The notes below the pieces were generated by a model. The model did no database searches. It was not told the DNA's origin and saw only the letters and a program-made list of their open reading frames with translations. The position numbers and the translations under genes were made by a program. Below are positions 19,012-28,083 of a DNA stretch of 64,000 bases, in pieces. This stretch comes from an uncultured Solirubrobacteraceae bacterium (lineage in GTDB: Bacteria; Actinomycetota; Thermoleophilia; Solirubrobacterales; Solirubrobacteraceae): assembly GCA_963722455.1 (NCBI GenBank), contig CAVRMD010000015.1, forward strand, positions 24,745 through 88,744. The letters run 5' to 3'. Each line of letters opens with the position of its first letter. Within the stretch, counting starts at the first letter, position 1.

Positions 19012-19175
19012 CGGGTCATCCACAAACGTTTGACCCGGAACCCCGGGCGCCGATCACCGCCTGGCGGCGTCCTCGGACGCTCGATGTGGCAGAGCCACAC
19101 CTTCGGTCCTGCGTCCTTGCCAGTCGGCGCCGGCATCCCGGGTTTCCGGTCGAACGTTCCTGGATGACCCACTAG
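19008..19175. mobile_element. MITE-like inverted-repeat element, copy B (168 bp, with a 91-nt internal segment)
   Basis: Sequence is C-TA-GCGGGTCATCCACAAACGTTTGACCCGGAACCCCGGGCGC...GTTTCCGGTCGAACGTTCCTGGATGACCCAC-TA-G. The arms are nearly identical to copy C. Confidence 0.7.
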
Positions 19176-19181
19176 CGCTCG

Positions 19182-19934
19182 TCAGTACAGCGCCGCGGCG
19201 AGACGCCGCCGCGCGTCGCGCGCGAGCGGGTGCTCGACGCCGAGCTCGTCGAGCACGGCGACGATCGCCTTGCGCAGCCGCTCGCGGTCCTCGCCGCCGG
19301 CGGCCGCGAGCTCGTCGAGCAGGATGTCCAGGCCGCCCTCGTGGTCGTCCTCGTCGAGCTTGGCGAAGGCGGCCGGGATGCGCGGGTGCTCGCCGTCGTC
19401 GCGCTCGAGCTCGATGCGGGCGGCGAGCCCGTCGGCGCGAAACGTGCCGGCCGCCTCGCGCAGCCGCGCGAGCGCGCCGTCGATGTCGCCGCGGCCGTAC
19501 TGCAGCCGGGCGAGGGCGACGTTGGCGTCCGCGTTGGCGGGCTCGCGCTCGAGGACCAGCAGCAGCGACTGCTCGTCGCCGGCCTGCAGCAGCAGCTGCG
19601 TCTGCGACGGGACGAGCCCGTCGAAGAACGCCTCGACCTGGCTGGGCCCCTGGGCGCCGACGAACTCGGCGACGACGTCGCCGTCGCGAAACGCCTTCAC
19701 CGCCGGGATGCCCTGGATCGCAAAGCGCGTCGCGACGCCGGGGTTCGCGTCGGTGTCGACCTTGGCGAGCACGACCTCGCCCTCGCGGGCGGCGGCGGCC
19801 TGCTCGAGGATCGGGCCGAGCTGGCGGCACGGCGCGCACCACGGCGCCCAGAAGTCCACGACCACGGGGATCTCGGCCGAGCGCTGCAGCACCTCGGCCG
19901 CAAAGCCGGCTTCGTCGACGTCGATGACGGTCAT
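19182..19934 (-). CDS. Thioredoxin-domain protein with TPR-like C-terminal domain (YbbN/CnoX-like)
   Basis: WAPWCAPCR active site, followed by a helical repeat region. Confidence 0.85.
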   Translation of the reverse strand: MTVIDVDEAGFAAEVLQRSAEIPVVVDFWAPWCAPCRQLGPILEQAAAAREGEVVLAKVDTDANPGVATRFAIQGIPAVKAFRDGDVVAEFVGAQGPSQVEAFFDGLVPSQTQLLLQAGDEQSLLLVLEREPANADANVALARLQYGRGDIDGALARLREAAGTFRADGLAARIELERDDGEHPRIPAAFAKLDEDDHEGGLDILLDELAAAGGEDRERLRKAIVAVLDELGVEHPLARDARRRLAAALY

Positions 19935-20006
19935 GACGACAGCGTAGACAACGACCGCGGCCGCCTCCGGCGGCGGCCGCCGGCCGCAGATGCAAGGCTT
20001 TCGGCC

Positions 20007-20849
20007 ATGCCCGAGCGCACGATCCACAGCGGTTCCGGCGTTTGCATCAGCGCCGACGACGTGGGGGAGGGGCCGGCGGTCGTCCTGCTGCACGGTCTCA
20101 CCGCATCGCGGCGCTACGTCGTCATGGGCTCCAACGCGCTCGGCCGCGCCGGGCACCGCGTCGTCGCCTACGACGCGCGCGGTCACGGCGCCTCGACGCC
20201 GGCGCCGCACGCCACGGCGTACGGCTACCCGGAGCTGTGCGGCGACCTGCGCGCCGTCCTGGACGGGCTCGGGATCGAGCGCGCCGTGCTGGCCGGCGTC
20301 TCGATGGGCGCCCACACGTGCCTGCGCTTCGCCCTGGAGCTGCCCGAGCGCGTCGCCGCCATCGTCGCGATCACGCCGGCCTTCGACCCCGAGCAGTACG
20401 CCGACCCGGCGCGCGTCGCGCGCTGGGACGCGCTGAGCGACGCGCTGCGCGGCGGCGGGATCGAGCGCTTCGCCGAGGAGTTCGGCATCCAGCGCATCCC
20501 GGAGCGCTGGCGGGCGAGCGTCGCCCGCGCGCTGCGCCAGCGGCTGGCGGTCCACGAGCACCTCGACGCGCTGGCCGACGCGCTGGCCGCGGTGCCGCGC
20601 TCGGCGCCGTTCGCCGATCTCGACGCGCTGGCGGCGGTCACGTGCCCGGCGGTCGTGATCGCCAGCCGCGACGAGGCCGATCCGGGCCACCCGCTCGCGG
20701 TCGCCGAGCGCTACGCGCAGCTGCTGCCGGCGGGACGCCTGGTCGTCGAGGAGCCCGGCCGGTCGCCGCTGGCCTGGCAGGGCGGGCGGGTGGCGAAGCT
20801 CATCGCGCAGGTCGCCGCGCAGGCGGCCGACGGACGGCGAGCGGCGTGA
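20007..20849 (+). CDS. Alpha/beta hydrolase
   Basis: LLHGLTAS and the nucleophile elbow GVSMGA; length about 280 aa. Confidence 0.8.
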   Translation: MPERTIHSGSGVCISADDVGEGPAVVLLHGLTASRRYVVMGSNALGRAGHRVVAYDARGHGASTPAPHATAYGYPELCGDLRAVLDGLGIERAVLAGVSMGAHTCLRFALELPERVAAIVAITPAFDPEQYADPARVARWDALSDALRGGGIERFAEEFGIQRIPERWRASVARALRQRLAVHEHLDALADALAAVPRSAPFADLDALAAVTCPAVVIASRDEADPGHPLAVAERYAQLLPAGRLVVEEPGRSPLAWQGGRVAKLIAQVAAQAADGRRAA

Positions 20850-21315
20850 GCGCCGGGTACTCGGCACCCGGCTGCCGCTCAGGTTGTGCGCCGTGGCGAG
20901 GCTGAACCCCACGCGCGGCCATGGCTCGTCGCCGTCGTGCGCCACTGGGTGAGTCGAGCGCGATCATGCCGCCCTCCACTGAACGAACCCACTTTGGCGC
21001 ACACCGCGCTCAGCACCGCATGCAGCGCCCGATGTCACCCAGGGGGCTCGCCTCGCTCATGCGCCCCGCGATTGCCGCACGGAGCTCCGCCAGCCGCGTC
21101 AGCGCTTCGTGCTCCGTGTCGAGTTCGCGCCTGGTGGCGAGCAGTACCTCGGCGCCGGTCCCGCTGCGCTTCTGCGGCGGCCCGCTCCTCCGCGATCGTG
21201 ACGCTCAGATGTGGGCTCCGTAGTCGGTGAGGCAGCGCTCCCGAGCGTCGATGCCCAAGCCCTCGTCCACTTGGGCGAGCATCATCTCTCGCGCCCCGTA
21301 GGCTCCGCAGCGCTG

Positions 21316-21732
21316 GTGACGGCCGACGAGAACAACGCAAGCGGCACTCCGCTGGTCGGCAAGCTCGGGTTCAAAGCGGGCATGCGCGCGCACTACGTCG
21401 CCGCGCCGCCCGGCTTCGCGGAGCTGCTCGGCGAGTTGCCCGGCGGCGTCACGGTCCTCGCGCGCATCGCCGACGACCTCGATCTCGCGCTGCTGTTCGT
21501 CACGCGGCGACGGGCGCTCGAACGCGGGCTCGCGCGGCTGCAGCCGCGCCTGTCGCGCTCGGGGGCGATCTGGGTCGCGTGGCCGAAGCGGGCCTCGAAG
21601 GTCCCGACCGACGTGACCGAGGACGTCGTCCGCGACGTCGCCCTGCCCCGCGGTCTGGTCGACGTGAAGGTCTGTGCGATCGACGAGGTCTGGTCGGGCC
21701 TGAAGCTCGTCATCCGTCGCGAGCTGCGCTAG
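21316..21732 (+). CDS. DUF3052-like protein
   Basis: SGTPLVGKLGFKAG near the N-terminus and VWSGLKLVIRRELR at the C-terminus resemble DUF3052. The start (GTG 21316) is uncertain. Confidence 0.5.
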   Translation: MTADENNASGTPLVGKLGFKAGMRAHYVAAPPGFAELLGELPGGVTVLARIADDLDLALLFVTRRRALERGLARLQPRLSRSGAIWVAWPKRASKVPTDVTEDVVRDVALPRGLVDVKVCAIDEVWSGLKLVIRRELR

Positions 21733-21847
21733 AGAGGCCGTTCGGGACGCGCGGGCCGGTCCGATCGAGTGGTCTGCTGCGCGGTGCGCACCGGGCTCCC
21801 CGGCCGCGCGCCGCGCACCGGGGGTGGCTCGTCCAGGCGGGGACGGC

Positions 21848-21878
21848 GGATCAGCGGCGCGCGCCCGGCCGCTGATCC
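21848..21878. terminator. Strong hairpin between convergent genes (candidate bidirectional terminator)
   Basis: GGATCAGCGGC-9 nt-GCCGCTGATCC forms a perfect 11-bp stem, 7 nt after the hup stop. There is no U-tract. Confidence 0.45.
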
Positions 21879-21884
21879 GAGGCG

Positions 21885-22160
21885 TCAGCCGTTGAGCGCC
21901 TTCTTCAGTGCGGCGGCTGCCGAGAACTTCGCGGCCTTGCTCGCGGCGATCTGCAGCGGCTCGCCCGTCGCCGGGTTGCGGCCCTCGCGGGCCGAACGCT
22001 CGCTCACGCTGAACTTGCCGAAGCCCGCGATCGCGACTTCGCCGCCGCCGGCGAGCTCGCCGGCGATCGCATCAAAGGTGGCGTCGACGGCGCCCTTGGC
22101 GTCAGAACCGCTGATGCCGGTGTCCGCGGCCACCTTCTGTGCAAGCTCCTGCTTGGTCAT
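21885..22160 (-). CDS. hup: HU family nucleoid-associated DNA-binding protein
   Basis: MTKQELAQKVA...GFGKFSVSERSAREGRNPATGE is the HU signature. Confidence 0.93.
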   Translation of the reverse strand: MTKQELAQKVAADTGISGSDAKGAVDATFDAIAGELAGGGEVAIAGFGKFSVSERSAREGRNPATGEPLQIAASKAAKFSAAAALKKALNG

Positions 22161-22292
22161 GGAGTTCTCCCGTCTTGAGTACAGATGGCGCCTACGCTAG
22201 CGCCTGGCCCGGCGTCCGAGGGCGTTTTCCCCCATTCTGCGGCGCCCATGCCCCTTGACGGCGTGCGAACCGGTCGCGTACGTTGAACAACC

Positions 22293-22904
22293 GTGAGCGT
22301 CGACGCGACCCCGGCCGTCCCCGTCACCGCAACCGGCACCGGGTTGCGCAATCTCGACGGCCAGGCGATCGCGATCACGGTCTTCAGCACGATCAAGTGG
22401 TGGGGGCGCGCGTTCCTGCCCGTGCTCTTCATCGTCACCGCGCGCGTTCCGAAGCTGACCGGAACGCTGCGGGCGCTGTCGTTCATCCACTTCGCGCGCT
22501 GGTCGATCGTCAGGAAGATCCCCTACAACGGGCCACCGCAGCGCAAGCGCCGGCTGCACTACCCGCACATGTACTTCGAGAGCAACTTCAACGGCGGCTG
22601 GGAGGAGTACATCGACGCGTTCTCGCACATCCTCACCAGCGGGATGACGGCCTTCTGGGGCAGCTCCTACGGGTTCCCCAAGCCCCTGCCGACGGCGCCG
22701 TTCAAGGACTACATCCAGGCCAACGAGACCGAGGCCGACCACTACTACTCCGCCTACCCGGAGGCGACGGCGACGATGATCAGGCGCGCGCTCGAGCTCG
22801 ACGAGAAGCTCGCGCCGCTGAAGCGCAACGCCGAGCGGATGGACCCCGACGCGTTCGCCGCGGCCTACCGTGCCTTCCTCGCCGACGCCCAGGCGAGCCT
22901 GTAG
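22293..22904 (+). CDS. Unknown-function protein P1 (paralog of P2; DyP/P450 cassette)
   Basis: High GC3. Shares the blocks IHFARWSIV, YFESNFNGGWEEYIDAF and YYSAYPEATATMIRRAL with the downstream ORF. Confidence 0.7.
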   Translation: MSVDATPAVPVTATGTGLRNLDGQAIAITVFSTIKWWGRAFLPVLFIVTARVPKLTGTLRALSFIHFARWSIVRKIPYNGPPQRKRRLHYPHMYFESNFNGGWEEYIDAFSHILTSGMTAFWGSSYGFPKPLPTAPFKDYIQANETEADHYYSAYPEATATMIRRALELDEKLAPLKRNAERMDPDAFAAAYRAFLADAQASL

Positions 22905-23485
22905 TGCGGTCGCCGAACGTCACCGGGCAGGCGTACGCGTTCATGGCGATGACGCCCGTCAAGCCGGGCGAGGAGGAGGCGCTGGCGACGTACCTGCGCG
23001 GCCTGCGCCCGCTGGACTCCGCGCCCGGCGTGATCGCCGAGCGCGGGCCGCTGGCGAAGCTGCCGCGCACGCACATGGGCCGCTTCGTGATCGTCAAGGA
23101 CTTCCACGCCGACCCGAGCTGGAAGCAGCGCAAGGAGGACCACCTCGATCTGCCCTACCTCATCTTCACGAGCAACTTCGACGGCGACCTCGACAGCTAC
23201 CTCGACGAGCTGTGCGAGAAGCTCGCCCCCGAGGCGCCGCACATCTGGGGGCGCTGCGTGGGCTGCCCGAAGAGCGCCAAGGGCAACGCGCTCAAGCAGT
23301 ACCTCAAGCACAACCAGATCGACACGGGGATCTTCTATGCCGCCTACGGCGACACGACGGTCGGCACCGTCAAGCGCGCGCTGCGCCAGCGCGACCGCAT
23401 GATCGACTTCGCCGTCAGGGCGCAGGGCCTCGAGCCGGCGCAGCTGCAGCAGGCGTTCCTCGCCGAGTTCGGAAGCGCGGACTGA
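22904..23485 (+). CDS. Unknown-function protein P2 (paralog of P1; DyP/P450 cassette)
   Basis: The GTG overlaps the P1 TAG (TAGTG). Blocks THMGRFVIV, IFTSNFDGDLDSYLDEL and FYAAYGDTTVGTVKRAL align with P1. Confidence 0.7.
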   Translation: MRSPNVTGQAYAFMAMTPVKPGEEEALATYLRGLRPLDSAPGVIAERGPLAKLPRTHMGRFVIVKDFHADPSWKQRKEDHLDLPYLIFTSNFDGDLDSYLDELCEKLAPEAPHIWGRCVGCPKSAKGNALKQYLKHNQIDTGIFYAAYGDTTVGTVKRALRQRDRMIDFAVRAQGLEPAQLQQAFLAEFGSAD

Positions 23486-24876
23486 TGGCGGGCGCCGTAC
23501 GGATCGACCTCGCCGACATCCAGGGCGACATCCTGCGCGCCTACGGCAACGACTACGACTGCACGACATACGCGTTCGTGAAGATCACCTGCCCTCCCGA
23601 GCAGGCGCGCGCCTGGTTCGCCGGGCTGCTCGATCACGTCACGACCGCCGAGCCCTGGGCGCCCGGTGTCAAGCCGGTGACGACGCTCAACGTCGCGGTG
23701 ACGGCCGCCGGCCTGACCGCGCTCGGCGTGTCCGACGCGGTCGTCGGCTCGTTCTCGCGCGAGTTCCGCGAGGGGATGTCGGGGCGCGCGCCGCTGCTCG
23801 GCGACATCGGCCCGAGCGCTCCGGAGCAATGGGAGGCGGGGCTGGGCCGAGGCGAGGCGCACGTGCTGTTGACGATCAACGCGATGCAGCCGGCCGATCA
23901 CAAGCGCGCGCTGGGCCTGATGCAGGCCGCGATGGACGACGCCGGCGGCCTGCAGATCGTCGCTCAGGAGGACACCGAGATGCTGCCCGGCTCGCGCGAG
24001 CACTTCGGCTACGCCGACGGCTTCGCGCAGCCCTCGATCGAGGGCGTCAACGACGACAAGGCCCGCGGCGGCGGCGTCCCGCTCAAGAACGGCGCCTGGC
24101 GTCCGCTGGCGCTCGGCGAGTTCATCCTCGGCTACCCCGACGAGGACACGCGCGACGACCCCAAGCGCCACCGCCTGCCCAACGCGCCCGCCGCTCCGCT
24201 GGGTCGCAGCGGCACCTACATGGTCTGGCGCAAGCTCTACCAGGACGTCGCGCGCTGGCGCCGCGTCCTGCGCGACGCCGCCAAGCTGTACGAGGGCGGC
24301 GACGAGCACAAGCTGTCGGCGAAGGCCGTCGGCCGCTGGACCAACGGGGCGCCCCTCTCGAAGTACCCCGACGCGCCCCCGGAGACCTTCGACGCCGCGT
24401 CACCGGGCGCCAACGACTTTCGCTACGACCACGATGCCGACGGGATGCGCTGCCCGCTGGGCGCCCACATCCGTCGCTCCAACCCGCGCGACGCGCTCGG
24501 CTTCGAGGGCAACCTGAGCTTCCGCCACCGGATGATCCGGCGCGGGATGCCCTACGGCAAGGTGCTGCCCGAGGGGCGCCTGCGCGACGACGGCGTCGAT
24601 CGCGGGCTCGTCTTCGTGTGCTTCCAGGGCAGCATCTCGCGCCAGTTCGAGGGCGTGCAGGTCCAGTGGCTCAACGCGGGCAACATCTTCGGGTTGGGCA
24701 ACGACAGCGACTTTTTGCTCGGCAACCAGCAGGGGAAGGGCAAGATGACGATCCAGGGCAAGCCGCCGTTCTTCCTGCACCCGCAGGAGACGTTCGTCAA
24801 GACGCGCGGCGGGGAGTACCTGTTCGTGCCCGGGCTGACCGCGTTGTCGGCGCTCGCCGACGGCACCGCGGGCTAG
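23485..24876 (+). CDS. Dyp-type (dye-decolorizing) haem peroxidase
   Basis: N-terminal IQGDILR, the GxxDG motif (FGYADGFAQP), the proximal-His region CPLGAHIRRSNPRD, and RRGMPYG. The ATG overlaps the P2 stop (TGATG). Confidence 0.88.
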   Translation: MAGAVRIDLADIQGDILRAYGNDYDCTTYAFVKITCPPEQARAWFAGLLDHVTTAEPWAPGVKPVTTLNVAVTAAGLTALGVSDAVVGSFSREFREGMSGRAPLLGDIGPSAPEQWEAGLGRGEAHVLLTINAMQPADHKRALGLMQAAMDDAGGLQIVAQEDTEMLPGSREHFGYADGFAQPSIEGVNDDKARGGGVPLKNGAWRPLALGEFILGYPDEDTRDDPKRHRLPNAPAAPLGRSGTYMVWRKLYQDVARWRRVLRDAAKLYEGGDEHKLSAKAVGRWTNGAPLSKYPDAPPETFDAASPGANDFRYDHDADGMRCPLGAHIRRSNPRDALGFEGNLSFRHRMIRRGMPYGKVLPEGRLRDDGVDRGLVFVCFQGSISRQFEGVQVQWLNAGNIFGLGNDSDFLLGNQQGKGKMTIQGKPPFFLHPQETFVKTRGGEYLFVPGLTALSALADGTAG

Positions 24877-24889
24877 GGCGGCCACCGCG

Positions 24890-26170
24890 ATGGGCATCGT
24901 CGAGCAGATCAAGGAGGTCGCCGAGCGCCTCAGCGAAGACAAGGACCGCGCCGCCGAGGCGGTGTCGGAGATCGTCGGGCGCTTCGCCGACCGCGCGTCG
25001 GGGCCGGCGTTCGAGGCGCTGCGCCGCCACAACCCGATCCTCGCGTCCGGATCGACGACGATCGTGACGCTCAACGAGGACGTCAAGGAGGTCCTCGGCG
25101 ACCCCGCGCGCTTCACCGTCGACCTCTACGGCCCGAAGATGACCGCGATCACGGGGCCCTTCATCCTCGGCGTCGACGACACCCCGCTCTATCACCACGA
25201 CCACGCCGCGATGGACCGCGCCGTCACGCGCGCGGACATGCCGCGCCTGTCGGACCGGATGTACGAGATCGCCTGCGAGTACGTGGCGAGCGGCCTGCAG
25301 GAGGGCGAGCTCGACGTCGTCGCCGAGCTCGCCGACCCGGCGCTCGACGCGGCGATCGCCGAGTACTTCGGCACGCCCGGACCCGACACGCCCACCCAGC
25401 TGCGCTGGGCGCGCAACGTCTTCGAGGAGCTGTTCATCAACGTCGGCAACCTGCCGACGATCCGCGAGCGCGCGCTCGCCGACGCCGAGCAGTGGCGGCA
25501 CCATCTCGACAAGCTCATCGACGCGCGCAAGGCGCTCGTCGATGCCGGGGGAGAGGTGCCCGACGACGTCCTGACGCGACTGCTGCGCTACCAGCGCGAG
25601 GACGAGCCCAACCTGCAGGACATCGCGATCCGCCACAACCTGCTGGGCAACATCACGGGCTGGATCCCGACGATCTCCAATGCCTTCGCGCGCATCGTCG
25701 ACGAGCTGCTCGAGCGCGAGGACGAGCTCGCGGGCGCGCAGGCGGCCGCGCGCGCGGGCGACCGCGAGCTCGTCGGCGCGTACGCGTTCGAGGCGTCGCG
25801 CTTTCGCCCCCAGAACTTCGCGCTGCTGCGCTACGTCCCGGAGGACACGACGATCGCCGCCGGCACCGATCGCGAGACCCGGGTGAAGGCGGGATCGACG
25901 GTCTTCGCGGCGACGCTGTCGGCGATGCACGACGAGCGCGCGATCGAGGCGCCCGACGAGTTTCGCGTCGACCGCCCGTGGAGCGACTACCTGCTCTTCG
26001 GCCACGGGATGCACACGTGCTACGGCCAGCAGATCGTGCGCGCGCAGCTGCCCGCGCTGGCGACCGCGCTGCTCGAGGGACCGCGGATCCGCCGCGCCCG
26101 CGGACGCGCGGGCAAGCTGCGCTTCGAGGGCCCGTTCCCGTCCGGGCTGTCGGTCCGCTTCGAGGACTGA
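24890..26170 (+). CDS. Cytochrome P450
   Basis: Cys-ligand loop FGHGMHTCYGQQI and an ExxR-type region. It starts 13 nt after the DyP stop. Confidence 0.9.
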   Translation: MGIVEQIKEVAERLSEDKDRAAEAVSEIVGRFADRASGPAFEALRRHNPILASGSTTIVTLNEDVKEVLGDPARFTVDLYGPKMTAITGPFILGVDDTPLYHHDHAAMDRAVTRADMPRLSDRMYEIACEYVASGLQEGELDVVAELADPALDAAIAEYFGTPGPDTPTQLRWARNVFEELFINVGNLPTIRERALADAEQWRHHLDKLIDARKALVDAGGEVPDDVLTRLLRYQREDEPNLQDIAIRHNLLGNITGWIPTISNAFARIVDELLEREDELAGAQAAARAGDRELVGAYAFEASRFRPQNFALLRYVPEDTTIAAGTDRETRVKAGSTVFAATLSAMHDERAIEAPDEFRVDRPWSDYLLFGHGMHTCYGQQIVRAQLPALATALLEGPRIRRARGRAGKLRFEGPFPSGLSVRFED

Positions 26171-26456
26171 GCGCGGCTCAGCGGCCCCGAGCAGGACGAG
26201 CCGCGTGGGCTGCGGGCGCTCAAGGACGAGAACCCAACGGCTTATCGCGAGAGGGTTGCAAGACCGACCGACCATGTGTTACGGTCGGCTCGTCTGACGT
26301 CTACGGCGTGTAGGGGCCCTGGCGAGCGACGGGGAGTTGGCCTCATCGGGGCCTGCGGCGTCTGCGTTCGGTGGTCTGCGAGCGGCGCGTAAGCGCGCGC
26401 GGTTGGCCGGGAGGGTCCCTGCGCGGACCATTGCAACGAGGGCGGGGGATCGGAAC

Positions 26457-28064
26457 ATGTCCAGGGGTCGTGTCGGTCGTGGCGGTGTCGTGTTGCTCAC
26501 GCTGATGCTCGGCGTCGTTGGCTGCGGCGGATCAGACCAGGCGGACTCGGCCGGCGCCGGCGGCACGCTCGTGATCGCGCTGCCCAGCCAGCCCGAGGAC
26601 CTCAGCCCGATCACGGGCTCACACAACGTCTACGAGGGCAATCAGAAGTTCTTCAACGGCCTGCTGCGCTACAGCAAGGACCTCGGTACCGAGCCGGACC
26701 TCGCGAGCGAGATGCCCACCCGCAGCGCGGACGGCAAGACCGTGACCGTCAAGCTGCGCGACGACGTCAAGTTCCACGATGGCGCGCCGCTGACAGCGAA
26801 GGACGTCGCGTTTACGTACAGCGCGATCCTCGACGAGGACGCTGCGTCGCCGCTGGCGAGCCTGCTGGATTCGCTGGACTCGACGACGGCCGTCGACGAC
26901 AGGACCGTGCAGTTTGACCTCAACCGCCCGGACCCGGCGTTCCTTGACAAGCTGCAGATCGGGATCGTCCCGGCCGCCCAGCTGCAGGGCAAGGACATCA
27001 AGACCGCGGCGTTCAATCGCAAGCCGATCGGGACCGGTCCGTACGTGCTCAAGGAGTTTCAGCCGGGCGGCCGGATCGTGATGGAGGCCAACGAGAGCTA
27101 CTTCCGCGGGGCACCGAAGATCAAGCGGATCGTGCTGACGGCGGTCGAGGACGAGAACGCTCGCGTCGCGCTGCTGGAGAAGGGCACCGTCGATGCCGCC
27201 GGCATCGCCCCCAAGCTCGCGCCGCGGGTACGCCGCAACGGCGACTACGACGTGCTGGAGGTCCGCACCGCCGACGCCCGCGTCGCCGCGCTGCCCAACC
27301 GCGATCCGGTGCTGCGCGACCCGGCGGTCCGGCGCGCGCTGTCCTACGCGGTCGATCGTCAGAAGATCGTCGACGGCACGCTCGCCGGCGCGGGCGAGCC
27401 CGCCTTCGGCCCGATCATGAAGGACCACTGGGCCTACAGCCCGGCCGCCGAGAGGCCCTATGACCCCGCCGAGGCACAGCGGCTGCTCGATGCCGCGGGC
27501 TGGAAGCGCACCGGCGACGCGACGCGGACCAAGGCCGGCACCAAGCTGTCGTTCACGCTGATGTATCCGCCGGCCGACAGCGTGCGCAAGGACATCGCGC
27601 TGGCCTTCGCGTCGCAGATGAAGCAGGTCGGCGTCGACGTCAAGCTTGAGGGCCGCGAGTTCGATGTCATCGAGAAGCGCCAGGACACGGGCGCGACCGA
27701 GTTTGGCTACGGGACGCCGTATGACCCCGACATCGAGCTGTACACGCTGTTTCACTCGAAGTTCGCCACCGCCGACGAGGACGCGTTCACAAACTACCCG
27801 CGGACGACCAACCCGGCGATCGACGCGGCGCTGGATGCCGAGCGCTCCAAGCTCGACAGGGATGCGCGCAAGCGGGACTTCGTGAGGCTGCAGGAGGAGC
27901 TCGCCAAGGACGCCAGCTGGTTGTGGCTCGTGCGCCTGCGTCACGTCGTCGTGATCTCAAAGCGCGTGGAGGGCATCGATCCGCAGGTCGAGCCGCACGC
28001 GCACGGGTTCTCGCGCGGGACGTCGTGGAACCTCGAGGACTGGACCCTGGAGCCCAAGAGCTGA
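26457..28064 (+). CDS. ABC transporter substrate-binding lipoprotein, family 5 (peptide/nickel type)
   Basis: Lipobox LGVVGCGG and SBP_bac_5-like sequence (VKFHDGAPLTAKDVAFTY). Confidence 0.88.
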   Translation: MSRGRVGRGGVVLLTLMLGVVGCGGSDQADSAGAGGTLVIALPSQPEDLSPITGSHNVYEGNQKFFNGLLRYSKDLGTEPDLASEMPTRSADGKTVTVKLRDDVKFHDGAPLTAKDVAFTYSAILDEDAASPLASLLDSLDSTTAVDDRTVQFDLNRPDPAFLDKLQIGIVPAAQLQGKDIKTAAFNRKPIGTGPYVLKEFQPGGRIVMEANESYFRGAPKIKRIVLTAVEDENARVALLEKGTVDAAGIAPKLAPRVRRNGDYDVLEVRTADARVAALPNRDPVLRDPAVRRALSYAVDRQKIVDGTLAGAGEPAFGPIMKDHWAYSPAAERPYDPAEAQRLLDAAGWKRTGDATRTKAGTKLSFTLMYPPADSVRKDIALAFASQMKQVGVDVKLEGREFDVIEKRQDTGATEFGYGTPYDPDIELYTLFHSKFATADEDAFTNYPRTTNPAIDAALDAERSKLDRDARKRDFVRLQEELAKDASWLWLVRLRHVVVISKRVEGIDPQVEPHAHGFSRGTSWNLEDWTLEPKS

Positions 28065-28083
28065 TGCGCGGGTCCGCGGCCTC

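Noticed and set aside
21205-21393. Selenocysteine or readthrough interpretation of the in-frame TGA in the reverse-strand ORF of the 20850-21315 gap.
   Set aside because: No SECIS-like hairpin is evident immediately downstream. The upstream half overlaps the DUF3052-like gene in antisense. Decay or coincidence is more parsimonious.
24780-24876. DyP C-terminus (…GLTALSALADGTAG) as an encapsulin cargo-targeting peptide.
   Set aside because: No encapsulin shell gene lies in or next to the cassette, and the tail does not match the usual SLxIGSLK-type motif well.
26171-26456. Possible riboswitch (cobalamin or NiCo type) in the 285-bp leader of the peptide/nickel-type ABC operon.
   Set aside because: Only generic GC-rich hairpins are present (for example CCGACCG...CGGTCGG at about 26263-26290). 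I could not find a B12 box or other conserved riboswitch cores by eye. It needs Rfam cmscan before any claim.
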